DNA from: Thermoanaerobaculia bacterium
Lineage (GTDB): Bacteria; Acidobacteriota; Thermoanaerobaculia; Multivoradales; JAHEKO01
DNA length: 64,000 nucleotides
Direction: 5' to 3'
Assembly: GCA_947259725.1 (NCBI GenBank)
Contig: CAMYNM010000001.1
Coordinates: 136,190-200,189 of the forward strand
In this document: piece by piece, positions 37,338 through 47,084 of the stretch
How the letters are laid out: the number at the start of each line of letters is the position of its first letter
Numbering within the stretch: position 1 is the stretch's first letter
Notes under the pieces: generated by a model
Database searches by the model: none
Told to the model about the DNA's origin: nothing
What the model saw: only the letters and a program-made list of their open reading frames with translations
Program-made: the position numbers and the translations under genes

Positions 37338-38498
37338 TCAGGCCCGGTCCGGGCCCGCGGCGGCGCCTGCGGCCGCCAACGCCGCACCCAACTCGGCGCG
37401 AACCTCCGGATCGCTCTCGGTTTCGAGCGACATTTCGAGCGCGTCTCGGACGGCTCGATCCCGCAGGCCGCCACCGGCGGCGATCCTACCCAGAGCCCAG
37501 GCGGCGTGCTCGCGCAACATGGCATCGTCGTCCCGCAACGCCGCCAGAAGCGGAACCGAATATCGAGAGTCGCCGGAGTTGCCCATCACGATGGCGGCGT
37601 TGCGCTTCAGGCCCGAAAGCTTCGAGCGCTTCATCGCGCTGCCCCGGAAGGCCTCGACGTACTCTTCGCGGCTCATGCCGAGCAGCCCGGTCAGCGAGAG
37701 GTCTTTTCGCTGATCCGGCGGCTCCAGCTCCGGATGGCTCGCGGCACCGAGTTCGGCGTTCGCAGGGCAGACCTCTTGGCACACGTCGCAGCCGAAAACC
37801 CAGCTGCCGACCTCCGGGCGCATGCCGGCTGGAATCGAGCCGCGGTGCTCGATCGTCCAGTAGCTGATGCAGAGCCGGCTATCGAGCTTGTAGGCCTCGG
37901 TGAGCGCCCCGGTCGGGCAGGCCTCCAGGCACAAGCTGCAGGTGCCGCACAGGTCGGCGACCGCCGAATCGCTCGGCAGCTCGAGGGTGGTCAAAATCTC
38001 GCCGAGGAGAAACCAGGAGCCCATATCGGGGTTCAGCAAATTGGTGTTCTTGCCGAAGGATCCGAGCCCCGCCCTGGCGGCCAGGTCCCGCTCGAGCACC
38101 GGCCCGGTATCCACGTAGCGGCGGGTTAGCGAGCCCGGAAACTCGTCCCGGATCTCCTCCTCCAACTGCTTCAGCCTATCCAGCATGAGGTCGTGGTAGT
38201 CCCGCCCGCGGGCATATCGAGCGACCCCGGGCCAGAGGTCGTTCGAAGCGTCCGACTCCACGCCCAGCGGCCAGTAGCGCAGCGCTACGCAGATCGCGCT
38301 GCGAGCGCCGGGAAGCAACTGCCTGGGATCGAGCCGCACCTCGACCCGGCGCTCGAGGTACCCCATGCCGGCCTGCGCGCCGTCGGCGAGCCACCTGAGA
38401 AACGACTCGCCGGTCGTGGCGCGATCCAGGCTCGCGATGCCAACCCTGTCGAACCCCGACCGCAGGGCGAGCTCACGCAATCGGTCGGACGGAGTCAT
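37338..38498 (-). CDS. queG: epoxyqueuosine reductase
   Basis: CGTCSLCLEACPTGAL and CDVCQEVCP (two 4Fe-4S motifs), C-terminal HEAT-like repeats, N-terminal GFDRVGIA. Start is the internal ATG of the 654-aa track ORF, whose N-terminus is low-complexity. Confidence 0.85.
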   Translation of the reverse strand: MTPSDRLRELALRSGFDRVGIASLDRATTGESFLRWLADGAQAGMGYLERRVEVRLDPRQLLPGARSAICVALRYWPLGVESDASNDLWPGVARYARGRDYHDLMLDRLKQLEEEIRDEFPGSLTRRYVDTGPVLERDLAARAGLGSFGKNTNLLNPDMGSWFLLGEILTTLELPSDSAVADLCGTCSLCLEACPTGALTEAYKLDSRLCISYWTIEHRGSIPAGMRPEVGSWVFGCDVCQEVCPANAELGAASHPELEPPDQRKDLSLTGLLGMSREEYVEAFRGSAMKRSKLSGLKRNAAIVMGNSGDSRYSVPLLAALRDDDAMLREHAAWALGRIAAGGGLRDRAVRDALEMSLETESDPEVRAELGAALAAAGAAAGPDRA

Positions 38499-40153
38499 CG
38501 AGATCTCGGGTTCGCGACCGCGCTCGTCTTCCGGCGATGCCTTCGATCCACGAGCTCGACCAGTTCCTCGAGGGTCACGCCGAGGCGACGGGCGGTGGCG
38601 GTCGCCAGCGAGGTGCCGGCGACGCCCGGGACGAACTGATAGGTCGAGGACTCGCCCCTCATCTCCACCTGTAGGAACCTGAGACTGTCGGTCGGTGGGC
38701 TCGATTCGAGCTCGCGAGCAAAGTCCAGGAAGTGAGTGGTGATCAGACCGATCGGCTCGACCCGCTGCAGCAGCTGGATCACCATCAGAAAGATCTCGAC
38801 GGCTTCCGAAGGATTCGTCCCTGAGCACAGCTCGTCCACCAACACCATCGAGCGCGGCCCAAGCGACTCGAACAGCTTGCGAATACGCAGCAGCTCCGTC
38901 CCCAGCCGGCCCTCGCGCTGGTCCACGCTCGCGGGCTCGGTCGCCGAGGCGAACAGCCCGTCGACCAGCGCGAGCCGCGCACGGGCCGCCGGCACGTATA
39001 GCCCGGACTGGCCGAGCATCTGCGCGAGACCGATGGCTTGCAGAAGCCGGGTCTTGCCGCCCGAGTTGGGTCCCGTGATGATGAAGACCGGATCTCGAAG
39101 ATCGGAGACCAGAGTCGAAGGTACCGGCCTCCCCTGACGGAACAGGAGCGGGTTGAACAGCTCTTCGAGCTGCAAGTCGGACCCGGACTCGAACTCCGCG
39201 ACGCACACGGCCAGACCCGCCGACTCCGCCCGCGTTCGAAACGATCGCGAACCGAGGTAGAACGCCAGATGACACTGCAGCTGCAAGAGAGGCTTCAGCC
39301 AATCGCTGATCTGGAGAAACACCTCATGAACCACTCGGTTGACCAGCTCCTTGCTGCTGAACTCGAAGCCGTGGCGGATGAGCTCGACGCGGTCCTTGAG
39401 CCGCCTCATCGGCGGCACATAGAAGGGGTTGCCGGTGTTCTCCTCGACCCGGTTCAAGCGAAGCTGACGGATCTTGCCGTCGGCCCCCACCTGAATGCTG
39501 AAATCGAGCTTGGCGAGGTGGTTCTCGTAATCTAGAAGGGAGGCCAACCAGCCCCACTGGGGCGTCGACCGGATCTCGGCGCCGGTAGTGTGGATGCGGC
39601 GCAATCCCGAGTTCGCCGCGGAGAAGTTCTCCGCCATTGCTTCGATGGTCTTTTTCGCTTGGTCGAGAATCTCGAGTCGAAACAGCGTGATGTCGAGCTT
39701 GGCCCGCCGGTGCGGCGCCTTGAACAGCGATAGGAGATGAAAAAGATCTTGAAACAGACCCTGCGTCCTGGCGAGCAGCTCAGCGTCCGAATCGAGCTCC
39801 CCCAGGATTTCCTGACGAAATCGAATCGTGGCGACATCCAGCGGTGGGCGAGAGAGAACCTCGCGCAGAAACACCTTGTTGATCGGAGTCGGCCGCCCGA
39901 GGCTTTCAACTTGAAAGCACTCCTCGACGAGCGCGTCCAAAAAGAGCTCTTCGCGAAACAGCTCGGGGCGCCAGCCGGACTCCCCATCGAGGCCGTCGGT
40001 CCGCGCAAGCGCCTGCTCGAGGTGGTCCGCCGCGCCGCCACCGAGAAAGGAGATCTCCATCAGCTCGTCGACGGCGACCTCGTCGAGATGCAGACGTGCC
40101 TCGAGACCCAGCAGGTCCGGCACCGGAACCTGAGCTGGAGACGGACCTGCCAT
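38495..40153 (-). CDS. MutS-domain ATPase (MutS-related protein lacking mismatch-binding and Smr domains)
   Basis: ITGPNSGGKTRLLQAIG (Walker A), MVLVDELCSGTNPSEA (Walker B/D-loop) and ITTHF. Start ATG 40153; the upstream part of the track ORF is low-complexity. 4-nt overlap with queG. Confidence 0.75.
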   Translation of the reverse strand: MAGPSPAQVPVPDLLGLEARLHLDEVAVDELMEISFLGGGAADHLEQALARTDGLDGESGWRPELFREELFLDALVEECFQVESLGRPTPINKVFLREVLSRPPLDVATIRFRQEILGELDSDAELLARTQGLFQDLFHLLSLFKAPHRRAKLDITLFRLEILDQAKKTIEAMAENFSAANSGLRRIHTTGAEIRSTPQWGWLASLLDYENHLAKLDFSIQVGADGKIRQLRLNRVEENTGNPFYVPPMRRLKDRVELIRHGFEFSSKELVNRVVHEVFLQISDWLKPLLQLQCHLAFYLGSRSFRTRAESAGLAVCVAEFESGSDLQLEELFNPLLFRQGRPVPSTLVSDLRDPVFIITGPNSGGKTRLLQAIGLAQMLGQSGLYVPAARARLALVDGLFASATEPASVDQREGRLGTELLRIRKLFESLGPRSMVLVDELCSGTNPSEAVEIFLMVIQLLQRVEPIGLITTHFLDFARELESSPPTDSLRFLQVEMRGESSTYQFVPGVAGTSLATATARRLGVTLEELVELVDRRHRRKTSAVANPRSR

Positions 40154-40167
40154 GCACCGGCTCGGAT

Positions 40168-40917
40168 TCAGTTCGCGACCGCTGGGGCCGGGCTCAGAGA
40201 GACCAGAGTGTCGGTCCCGAGGTAGCCATCGTCGGTGTTGTAGTACCAGGCGCGCGTCCGTGGCAGCCGTAGCGTCCCCAGGACCGTTTCGCCCTCCAGG
40301 GCGATGTACTCGCCGTCGTTCTTGCTTTCGTCGTGAAAGAACCGGTAACCGGCCAGGGCCGCGGTCGAGGGGTCGAAATAGAAATACCAGGTGTCGCCGC
40401 CGACGGCCTCGTCGTAGGTGACCCGGATGGCCAGGACCGAACGTCCGTCGAAATCGGTTTCCATCACCTCGGCGTCGATTCGGGTGCCGGGATCGCGCAG
40501 TTTCATCGGCAATCCCCAAAGGTAGGTGTAGTAGTCACGCTTGCGCTCGACGTCGGCCTCGCTCAATCGGTATTTCTTAGATGCTTCCGCCGGAATGTCG
40601 GTGCTGCCGTCCATCCTCGCCTGCCACGAGTCGCCTTCAATCCGGGCGGCGAGGTCGTGCCCATCGCGAACCGTGCTCCAGGTGAACACCTCGCTTTCGA
40701 GATCGATCCCGATCTCGGTCACACTGGTCTCGCCGTCCGGGCGGGTCCCTTCGAGCGTGAACTGGAGTGGGTCACCACCCCAGACCCCATCGGGATCGTG
40801 ATACTCGATGGCCCGTTCCAGCAGCTCGGGTCCGGTCGGAAGGTCCGAGGGGAAGGCCGCGGTCGAGGCGAGAACGAGTATCGATAGACCGAGGGCGGAG
40901 CGTGTTGCGCAGTACAT
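40168..40917 (-). CDS. secreted hypothetical protein
   Basis: MYCATRSALGLSILVLASTAAFPS signal. No motif recognised. Confidence 0.55.
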   Translation of the reverse strand: MYCATRSALGLSILVLASTAAFPSDLPTGPELLERAIEYHDPDGVWGGDPLQFTLEGTRPDGETSVTEIGIDLESEVFTWSTVRDGHDLAARIEGDSWQARMDGSTDIPAEASKKYRLSEADVERKRDYYTYLWGLPMKLRDPGTRIDAEVMETDFDGRSVLAIRVTYDEAVGGDTWYFYFDPSTAALAGYRFFHDESKNDGEYIALEGETVLGTLRLPRTRAWYYNTDDGYLGTDTLVSLSPAPAVAN

Positions 40918-41007
40918 GTTGACTGATTGTAGACAAAACGAAGGGAACGGGCCCCACGGCACAACCAGTTGGGAGGGGACACCCGCGTGACGGATGGCCT
41001 CGAAGCG

Positions 41008-42228
41008 CTAGCGCCAGCCGGTCGGCTCGAGTCCCAACGCGCTCGAGTAGCGCGCCAGGGCGGTCCTGGCCGCTTCGCCGTCGGCGGCCGACGCCGGCCG
41101 AGCGGTGCCGGTGCCCTCGAAGCGGCCCGAGAGCACCTTCAACGCGCCGCGATCACGGTCTGCTTTCAGGTCGAACCGGGCCACCAGCCGCTCTCCCGCC
41201 AGCACCGGCAGGCAGTAGTAGCCGTACTTCCGCTTCGGAGCGGGCTTGAAAATCTCGAGCATCTGCTCGAAGTCGAAGAGGCGTTGCACCCGGGCGCGAT
41301 CCCAGAGCAGAGGATCAAACGGCGACAGCAGGACACCGCGATCCATGCGCGGCCGGACCCGCTCCAAGCGCGCCGCAAGCTCTAGGTCGCGCGGCCGGAT
41401 CCAGCCGAGAGACGGTCGGCCTCCCGGGTTGTCGAGCTGACAGGGAACCACCTCACCCAGCTCAGCCAGGCGTTCCAGGGTGGCTGCGATCTCGCGTTTG
41501 CGATTGGTGAGCCGCCAGGTCTGGGCAAGCGTGCCGGTAAGCGCCCACCCGTGGCCGTCGAGCGCCTTGAGAAGAAGAAGCGCGAGCGCCTCACGCTTTG
41601 CGAGCGGCTGCGAGCGCACCTCCTCGGGGATGACTCTCTCGGCCAAATCGTAGGTCTTCTGGAAGTTCTTGCGCTCTCGAATGGCGAGCTCTCCGCTCGA
41701 CCATAGAGCCAAGGCCACCCGCTTGGCGACTTTGAGATCCCACCAGCCGCTGCTGCCCTTCCCCTCCATGTCCACCGAGCGCAGAGGTCCCTCGTCGCGG
41801 ATCCTCGCGCGGAGCCTGCGAGCCACGGCGCGATTGCGCGCGACGACGTTGCCCCACCAGGGATGACATCCGAGGAATTCGCGGCGGCGGAACTCGAACG
41901 CCGGATAGAGCTCCATCGGCATCCAGCTGGCCTCGTGTCCCCAGTACTCGAACAGCGGCTCGCCCGGCCGGAGAAGATCTTCACCCAGCTCCGGGTCGAT
42001 GCGCTCGAGCCTCGACAGGAGAACGATCGTGTGGCTCCGCGCGCCGGCAATAGCGACCGTATCGAGCTGCAGATAGCCGAAGCCGTGAATCACCTTCTGG
42101 GCCGCGAGCCGAGCCCGCTTACCACCGCCCGCGCCACTGACCGGGAATCCGCTCCATTCCGGCTTGAGCAATCCCGCCCGGCACAAAGCAAGGCGGCAGG
42201 CGGCGCGTCTGTTGAGGCTCTCCATCAA
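41008..42228 (-). CDS. winged-helix DNA glycosylase, YcaQ/AlkZ family (interstrand-crosslink repair)
   Basis: FEYWGHEASW and the overall ~400-aa wHTH-repeat architecture characteristic of YcaQ/AlkZ. Confidence 0.7.
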   Translation of the reverse strand: MMESLNRRAACRLALCRAGLLKPEWSGFPVSGAGGGKRARLAAQKVIHGFGYLQLDTVAIAGARSHTIVLLSRLERIDPELGEDLLRPGEPLFEYWGHEASWMPMELYPAFEFRRREFLGCHPWWGNVVARNRAVARRLRARIRDEGPLRSVDMEGKGSSGWWDLKVAKRVALALWSSGELAIRERKNFQKTYDLAERVIPEEVRSQPLAKREALALLLLKALDGHGWALTGTLAQTWRLTNRKREIAATLERLAELGEVVPCQLDNPGGRPSLGWIRPRDLELAARLERVRPRMDRGVLLSPFDPLLWDRARVQRLFDFEQMLEIFKPAPKRKYGYYCLPVLAGERLVARFDLKADRDRGALKVLSGRFEGTGTARPASAADGEAARTALARYSSALGLEPTGWR

Positions 42229-42326
42229 GACGGATCATCCCACGCCCAACGGCCTGGGCCCGGCAATGCCCCACCCCGGCCCCGCATCCCACCTTGACGT
42301 CGAGCCGGGCGCCGGACCGGCGGACT

Positions 42327-43034
42327 CTACGAGCCGGGGCGTACCTCGGGAGCGGCCGGCGCTCGCGCCGACACCACGGCGACAATCTCTTCGATGACCT
42401 CCGCGACCGATAGCTCGCCGGTGTCGATCACGCGGTAGGTCTCGTCCCAGGTGAGTGGCGAGTCCACCCGGCTGCTGTCGCGCTCGTCCCGCGTTCGGAC
42501 CTCGCGCTCGATCTCGTCGAGATCCAACCCTTCGGCCCCGGCGTCTTTCAACTGACGCCAGCGCCGCTGCGCCCGCACCCGTGGCGCCGCGGTAAGGAAG
42601 AACTTGAACGGCGTGTCCGGAACCACGCGGGTACCGATATCGCGCCCTTCCAGGACCCCACCGTTCTCGGAGGCACAGGTCCTTTGGAGCTCGCGCATGC
42701 GCTCACGCACACCCGGGTAGGCTGATGTCCGGGAGGTCACCCCGGTGACCCGGAGGCCGTAGATTCGGCTCCCCACCGGCTCGCCCTGAACCCGGATCTC
42801 GAACGAACCGTCGGGTTGCCGATCTAGGGACATCTCCAGACCGGCCGCCAGAGCCTCGACCGCCTGGCGGTCGCCCGGATCGATCGCGCGTTCCACGACC
42901 TCGAGCCCCAGCGCGCGGTACATGGCACCGGTCTCGAGATACGGCAGGCCCAGGCGGGAGGCCACACCCTGCGCCACCGTCGACTTCCCGACGCCCGACG
43001 GCCCGTCGATCGCGATCACCAGGTCCGAGCTCAT
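42327..43034 (-). CDS. cmk: cytidylate kinase
   Basis: VIAIDGPSGVGKSTVAQGVASRLGLPYLETGAMYRA. Confidence 0.9.
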   Translation of the reverse strand: MSSDLVIAIDGPSGVGKSTVAQGVASRLGLPYLETGAMYRALGLEVVERAIDPGDRQAVEALAAGLEMSLDRQPDGSFEIRVQGEPVGSRIYGLRVTGVTSRTSAYPGVRERMRELQRTCASENGGVLEGRDIGTRVVPDTPFKFFLTAAPRVRAQRRWRQLKDAGAEGLDLDEIEREVRTRDERDSSRVDSPLTWDETYRVIDTGELSVAEVIEEIVAVVSARAPAAPEVRPGS

Positions 43035-43825
43035 GAGCGCCGGTTGCGACCTCGAGCCGGCCGAGGCTGTGCCTCGAGGCCCGAAAACAGCTCGACCTCC
43101 CGCTCCGTAAGCTCACGGTAGGTGCCCTTTCGTAGCCGGGCGTCGGACAGCGGTCCGATCGCGACGCGTCGCAGGCGCAGCACTTGATGGCCGACCCGAT
43201 CGAACATCTCTCGAATCTGGCGGGTTCGTCCCTCGGTCAGCTCGATCCGCCACCACGAGTTGGACTCGAGGCCTCGCCGACCGCGGCTTCGAGCGAGCGG
43301 CTGGATCTTCGCCGGATGGGTGCGCCGCCCTCCCAGCACAATGCCGGAGCGCAGTTTGGCAATCGACTCCGGCGACGGCCGACCGTGCACCTTGACCTCA
43401 TAGCTCTTCGAGCAACCATGCCGGGGATGACTGACGCGATGGGCGAGATCGCCGTCGTCGGTCAAAAGGAGCAGGCCCTCGGTATCGAAATCGAGCCGTC
43501 CGACAGCGAATAACCGGCGTCGAACCTGCGGCGGCAACAAATCGAACACCGTCGGCCGTCCCTCGGGGTCCGAGCGCGTGGTGATATAGCCGGAAGGCTT
43601 GTTGAGCAGCAGGTAGCGGTTGCGCCCGGGAAGGGTCACCCGCTTGCCGTCCACCTTGACCGAATCCACCGCGAGATTCGCCTTGCCACCGATCTCGGCA
43701 ACCTCACCGTTCACGGTCACGCGACCTTCCCGAATCAGCTGCTCGGCGGCCCGCCGTGAAGCGATCCCGGCTCTCGACAGGATCTTCTGCAGGCGTTCGC
43801 TGCCGGACGACGTCACGGAGTCCAT
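43031..43825 (-). CDS. rluB: 23S rRNA pseudouridine synthase, RluB/RsuA family (S4 domain + PUS domain)
   Basis: N-terminal S4 region (LQKILSRAGIASRRAAEQLIREGRVTVNG), catalytic Asp motif GRLDFDTEGLLLLTDDG and a basic C-terminal tail. Confidence 0.8.
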   Translation of the reverse strand: MDSVTSSGSERLQKILSRAGIASRRAAEQLIREGRVTVNGEVAEIGGKANLAVDSVKVDGKRVTLPGRNRYLLLNKPSGYITTRSDPEGRPTVFDLLPPQVRRRLFAVGRLDFDTEGLLLLTDDGDLAHRVSHPRHGCSKSYEVKVHGRPSPESIAKLRSGIVLGGRRTHPAKIQPLARSRGRRGLESNSWWRIELTEGRTRQIREMFDRVGHQVLRLRRVAIGPLSDARLRKGTYRELTEREVELFSGLEAQPRPARGRNRRS

Positions 43826-43826
43826 A

Positions 43827-44546
43827 TCAAGGCTCCGCTTCTTCCGGCACAGCGTTCATCGATCGAAAGGTTTCCGCCTCGCTGGAATCCGGCTCGCCGT
43901 CCGGGTCGTCGTCGATCGGACCCTCGTCTTCGTGATCTTCTTTTCCCCGGTCCTGGTCGGTCGACGCCGAGGGCTCGAACGGCAGGATCTCTCCACCCGG
44001 GCTCGCCATCTGTCCGAAGGTCTCTTCGAACTCTTCCAGCGGCGGGAGATCCTCGAGGCTCTGAAGGCCGAAGTGCATCAGGAAGTCCCGCGTGGTTGCG
44101 TACAGAAAGGGCTTGCCCACGACCAGCTTGCGTCCGGCGATGCGGATCAGGCGCTTCTCGAGCAGCGTCTTGAGCACGCCACTCGAGCTCACGCTGCGGA
44201 GGTCTTGAATCTCCGGTCCCGTGATCGGTTGCCGGTAGGCGATGATCGCGAGGGTCTCGAGCGCCGCCATCGACAACCGGTTCTGCCCGGTGATCTCGAA
44301 GAGTTTGCGCAGATAGCCGTGAAGCTCGGGCCGGGTCACCAGGCGCAGCCCGCCGGCCACCTCTTCGATGAAGACGCCCCGATCCGAGCTCTGGCGATAG
44401 CGCTCGAGGACGTTCTCGAGAGCCGCTTCGGCCTTCTTGCGCGCGCGGCTGCCGAAGACCTCGAGAAGCTTCTTGCGCCGGATGGGCTCGGGCGTCGCGA
44501 ACAGGGCGGCTTCGATCACCGCCTCGATTTCTTGTGGATCGGACAT
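43827..44546 (-). CDS. scpB: segregation and condensation protein B
   Basis: IEAALFATPEPI N-terminus and a tandem winged-helix pattern. Adjacent to scpA. Confidence 0.85.
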   Translation of the reverse strand: MSDPQEIEAVIEAALFATPEPIRRKKLLEVFGSRARKKAEAALENVLERYRQSSDRGVFIEEVAGGLRLVTRPELHGYLRKLFEITGQNRLSMAALETLAIIAYRQPITGPEIQDLRSVSSSGVLKTLLEKRLIRIAGRKLVVGKPFLYATTRDFLMHFGLQSLEDLPPLEEFEETFGQMASPGGEILPFEPSASTDQDRGKEDHEDEGPIDDDPDGEPDSSEAETFRSMNAVPEEAEP

Positions 44547-44572
44547 TTCTGCTGCTCCCTGGCCAGGCGCGC

Positions 44573-45346
44573 CTAGCCGGAAATGGCCTCGAGCTCGTGC
44601 TCCTCGAGCTCGCGCTCCGTGCGGTACATCAATACGCTGCCGCCGTCGGTCTGATGGAGGCGCACCAGTTCGAGCCTGGCCAGCTCCAGCACCGCCAGGA
44701 ACGCCGCGATGGCCTCGGCCCGGCAGGTCCGGCTGGCGAGGTCGTCGAGCAGGTCAACCGGCCGCTTGCCGGCCAGCGCTGCGAGCAGCCGCTCGAACTG
44801 ACCGCGTGTCGAGAAGCTCTCTCCCCGCAAGTGCAGCGCGGGCGGATGCTCGCGGTCAAACCGCAGCAGGACGCCGTTGAGTGCTCCGAGCAAATCGAAG
44901 AGAGACACCTCTCCCAGATCGATCGATTCCTCCTGATCGCCGCCGGTCAGGCGCTCAGCGGGCCGCGTCCAAACGCCCCGCCGGAGATTGTGCATCTCCG
45001 CCAGGGACTGCGCAGCATCCTTGAGCTTGCGGTATTCGAGAAGCCGCTCGACCAGATCCTGCCGCGGATCCTCCTCGACGCCGTGCTCGTCCTTGGGAAT
45101 CGGCAGCAGCATCTTCGATTTCAAGTGAATCAAGTAGGCCGCTTCGTAGACGTACTCGGCGGCGATGTCGAGGTCGAGCTCGTCCATGAGGCCGAGGTAT
45201 TCCTGGAACTGGTCACAAACCAGCGCCACCGGAATGTCGGTGATCTCGACCTCGTTGATGCGCACCAGGTGCAGAAGAAGGTCCAGCGGACCTTCGAACA
45301 CCGGCAACTTGACTCGCCATTCGGCTGGAAGCGCGCCGTTCATCAC
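44573..45346 (-). CDS. scpA: segregation and condensation protein A
   Basis: FEGPLDLLLHLVRINEVEITDIPVALVCDQF, the ScpA (kleisin) N-terminal signature. Confidence 0.85.
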   Translation of the reverse strand: MMNGALPAEWRVKLPVFEGPLDLLLHLVRINEVEITDIPVALVCDQFQEYLGLMDELDLDIAAEYVYEAAYLIHLKSKMLLPIPKDEHGVEEDPRQDLVERLLEYRKLKDAAQSLAEMHNLRRGVWTRPAERLTGGDQEESIDLGEVSLFDLLGALNGVLLRFDREHPPALHLRGESFSTRGQFERLLAALAGKRPVDLLDDLASRTCRAEAIAAFLAVLELARLELVRLHQTDGGSVLMYRTERELEEHELEAISG

Positions 45347-46365
45347 GTGGCTTCGAGGGGATCGGCCCGCAGGTAATCGTAGTCGAGAGTCATCTCCGAG
45401 CGCACCCGGCGCATCGTCTCGGAGGCGCGCTCGCGCGCTCGATCGCTTCCCTTTCTCAGAATATTGAGCAGCTCGCCCTTGTCCGCCATGAGCTCCTCGC
45501 GCCGCAACCGCATCGGCTCGAGAAAGGCGATCAGCCGGTCCGCCAGGAGCTTTTTGTCATCGACGCATCCGATCTGAGCCAGCCGGCACTCGCGCTCGAC
45601 ACGGTCTCGCAGTTCCGGCGGGGACACCAGCTTGTGGAACGCGAACAGGTTGCAGGTTTCCGGATGCCCCGGATCGGAACGCCGCACTCGGGTGGGATCG
45701 GTGAACATTGTCTGGCACTTGGCCCGGATCACCTCCGGAGAGTCCGCTATGTCGATCGTGTTGCCGTATGATTTCGACATCTTGCGCCCGTCGAGGCCGG
45801 GCACCCTGGGGGTAGGCGTAAAGAGTGCTTTGGGCTCCGGAAAGACGTCACCGTAGTTGTTGTTGAAGCGACGGGTGATCTCGCGGCTCAGTTCCAGGTG
45901 GCTGGCCTGATCCTCCCCCACCGGAACAAAATCCGCTCGGTAGAGCAGAATGTCTGCCGTCTGCAGGACGGGATAACCCAGAAACCCGTAGGTCGAGAGA
46001 TCTCGCTTCTTGAGCTCGCGGATCTGCTCCTTGTAGGTAGGCACCCTCTCCAGCCAGCCGAGCGGCGTGATCATCGAAAGCAGCAAATGGAGCTCGGCAT
46101 GCTCGGGGACGAACGACTGCAGAAAGATCACCGAGCGCTCCGGATCCAGCCCCGCCGCCAACCAGTCGGCCAGCACCTCGAGCGAATTCTCGGCGACCTG
46201 CGTAGTGTCGTCGTAGTCGGTGGTCAAGGCGTGCCAGTCCGCGATGAAGTAGTAGCTGCGGTATTTCTCCTGGAGATCCACCCAGTTCTTGATCGCTCCG
46301 AAGTAGTTGCCCAGATGCATCTTGCCGGTCGAGCGCATTCCGGACAGCACCACTTTTTCCCGCAC
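45343..46365 (-). CDS. trpS: tryptophan--tRNA ligase
   Basis: SGMRSTGKMHLGNY (HIGH region) and KMSKS present. GTG start 46365 with GAGGGG 8 nt upstream; the N-terminus aligns with E. coli TrpS MTKPIVFSG. Confidence 0.9.
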   Translation of the reverse strand: MREKVVLSGMRSTGKMHLGNYFGAIKNWVDLQEKYRSYYFIADWHALTTDYDDTTQVAENSLEVLADWLAAGLDPERSVIFLQSFVPEHAELHLLLSMITPLGWLERVPTYKEQIRELKKRDLSTYGFLGYPVLQTADILLYRADFVPVGEDQASHLELSREITRRFNNNYGDVFPEPKALFTPTPRVPGLDGRKMSKSYGNTIDIADSPEVIRAKCQTMFTDPTRVRRSDPGHPETCNLFAFHKLVSPPELRDRVERECRLAQIGCVDDKKLLADRLIAFLEPMRLRREELMADKGELLNILRKGSDRARERASETMRRVRSEMTLDYDYLRADPLEAT

Positions 46366-46379
46366 GTTGAAACCCCTCG

Positions 46380-47084
46380 TCAGCCTGAGACTTGAATTAC
46401 CAGTAGGACTACCAGATACACGGGCAACACAATGATCGAAAGCACATTGAACGCCGCCAGCGCGAGCACGATCATAAAGCCATACGGCTGGATTCTCGAA
46501 TACCTCAGCGCCCAGGACCTGGGAAGCAGCTGCAGAGCTACCTGGCCTCCGTCGAGCGGCGGCACCGGCACCATGTTGAAAACACTCAGAAACCCGTTCA
46601 AGAAGGCGAACTGAACCAGGGTGTAGAGCAACGGGAAGTGCGCACTCTGGGCCGCGTTCTCGATGTCGCCCACCAGACACAGCGAGGCGGTCTCGGCTCC
46701 GGCGGAGCCCAGCAAAGCGATCGCCGCTGACAACGCCAGGAGCGCGACTCCACCGACGAGCAGGTTCGAGATCGGGCCGGCCAAGACGACGCGGAGGTGA
46801 TCGGTCTCCGGATTGCGAAGCTTGCTGACCCTTATCGGGGTCGGTTTCGCCCAGCCAAACACCGGCCCCCCGGCGAACACCAGAAGCACCGGCACGATAA
46901 TCGAGCCCAACAGGTCGATGTGGCGAACCGGGTTCAGTGTGATCCTCCCCAGGTCGGCGCCCGTCGGGTCGCCCGCCCGCAACGCGGACCAGGCGTGCGC
47001 CGCCTCGTGCACCGAGATCGCCAGCAAGATCACGAGCAGCTGAATCGCCCCGGCAAAAAGGGCATTCGGACCGGTCTCGATCAC
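46380..47084 (-). CDS. site-2 protease family (peptidase M50) membrane metalloprotease
   Basis: HEAAHAW (HExxH), a downstream NxxPxxxxDGG motif and a multi-TM layout. GTG 47084 overlaps the upstream stop (GTGA). Confidence 0.75.
   Translation of the reverse strand: MIETGPNALFAGAIQLLVILLAISVHEAAHAWSALRAGDPTGADLGRITLNPVRHIDLLGSIIVPVLLVFAGGPVFGWAKPTPIRVSKLRNPETDHLRVVLAGPISNLLVGGVALLALSAAIALLGSAGAETASLCLVGDIENAAQSAHFPLLYTLVQFAFLNGFLSVFNMVPVPPLDGGQVALQLLPRSWALRYSRIQPYGFMIVLALAAFNVLSIIVLPVYLVVLLVIQVSG

Noticed and set aside
37338-39302. 654-aa ORF upstream-extended version of queG
   Set aside because: The first 268 aa are Arg/Gly/Ala low-complexity and overlap the MutS-like gene; the QueG N-terminus (MTPSDRLRELALRSGFDRVGIA) begins at the internal ATG 38498.
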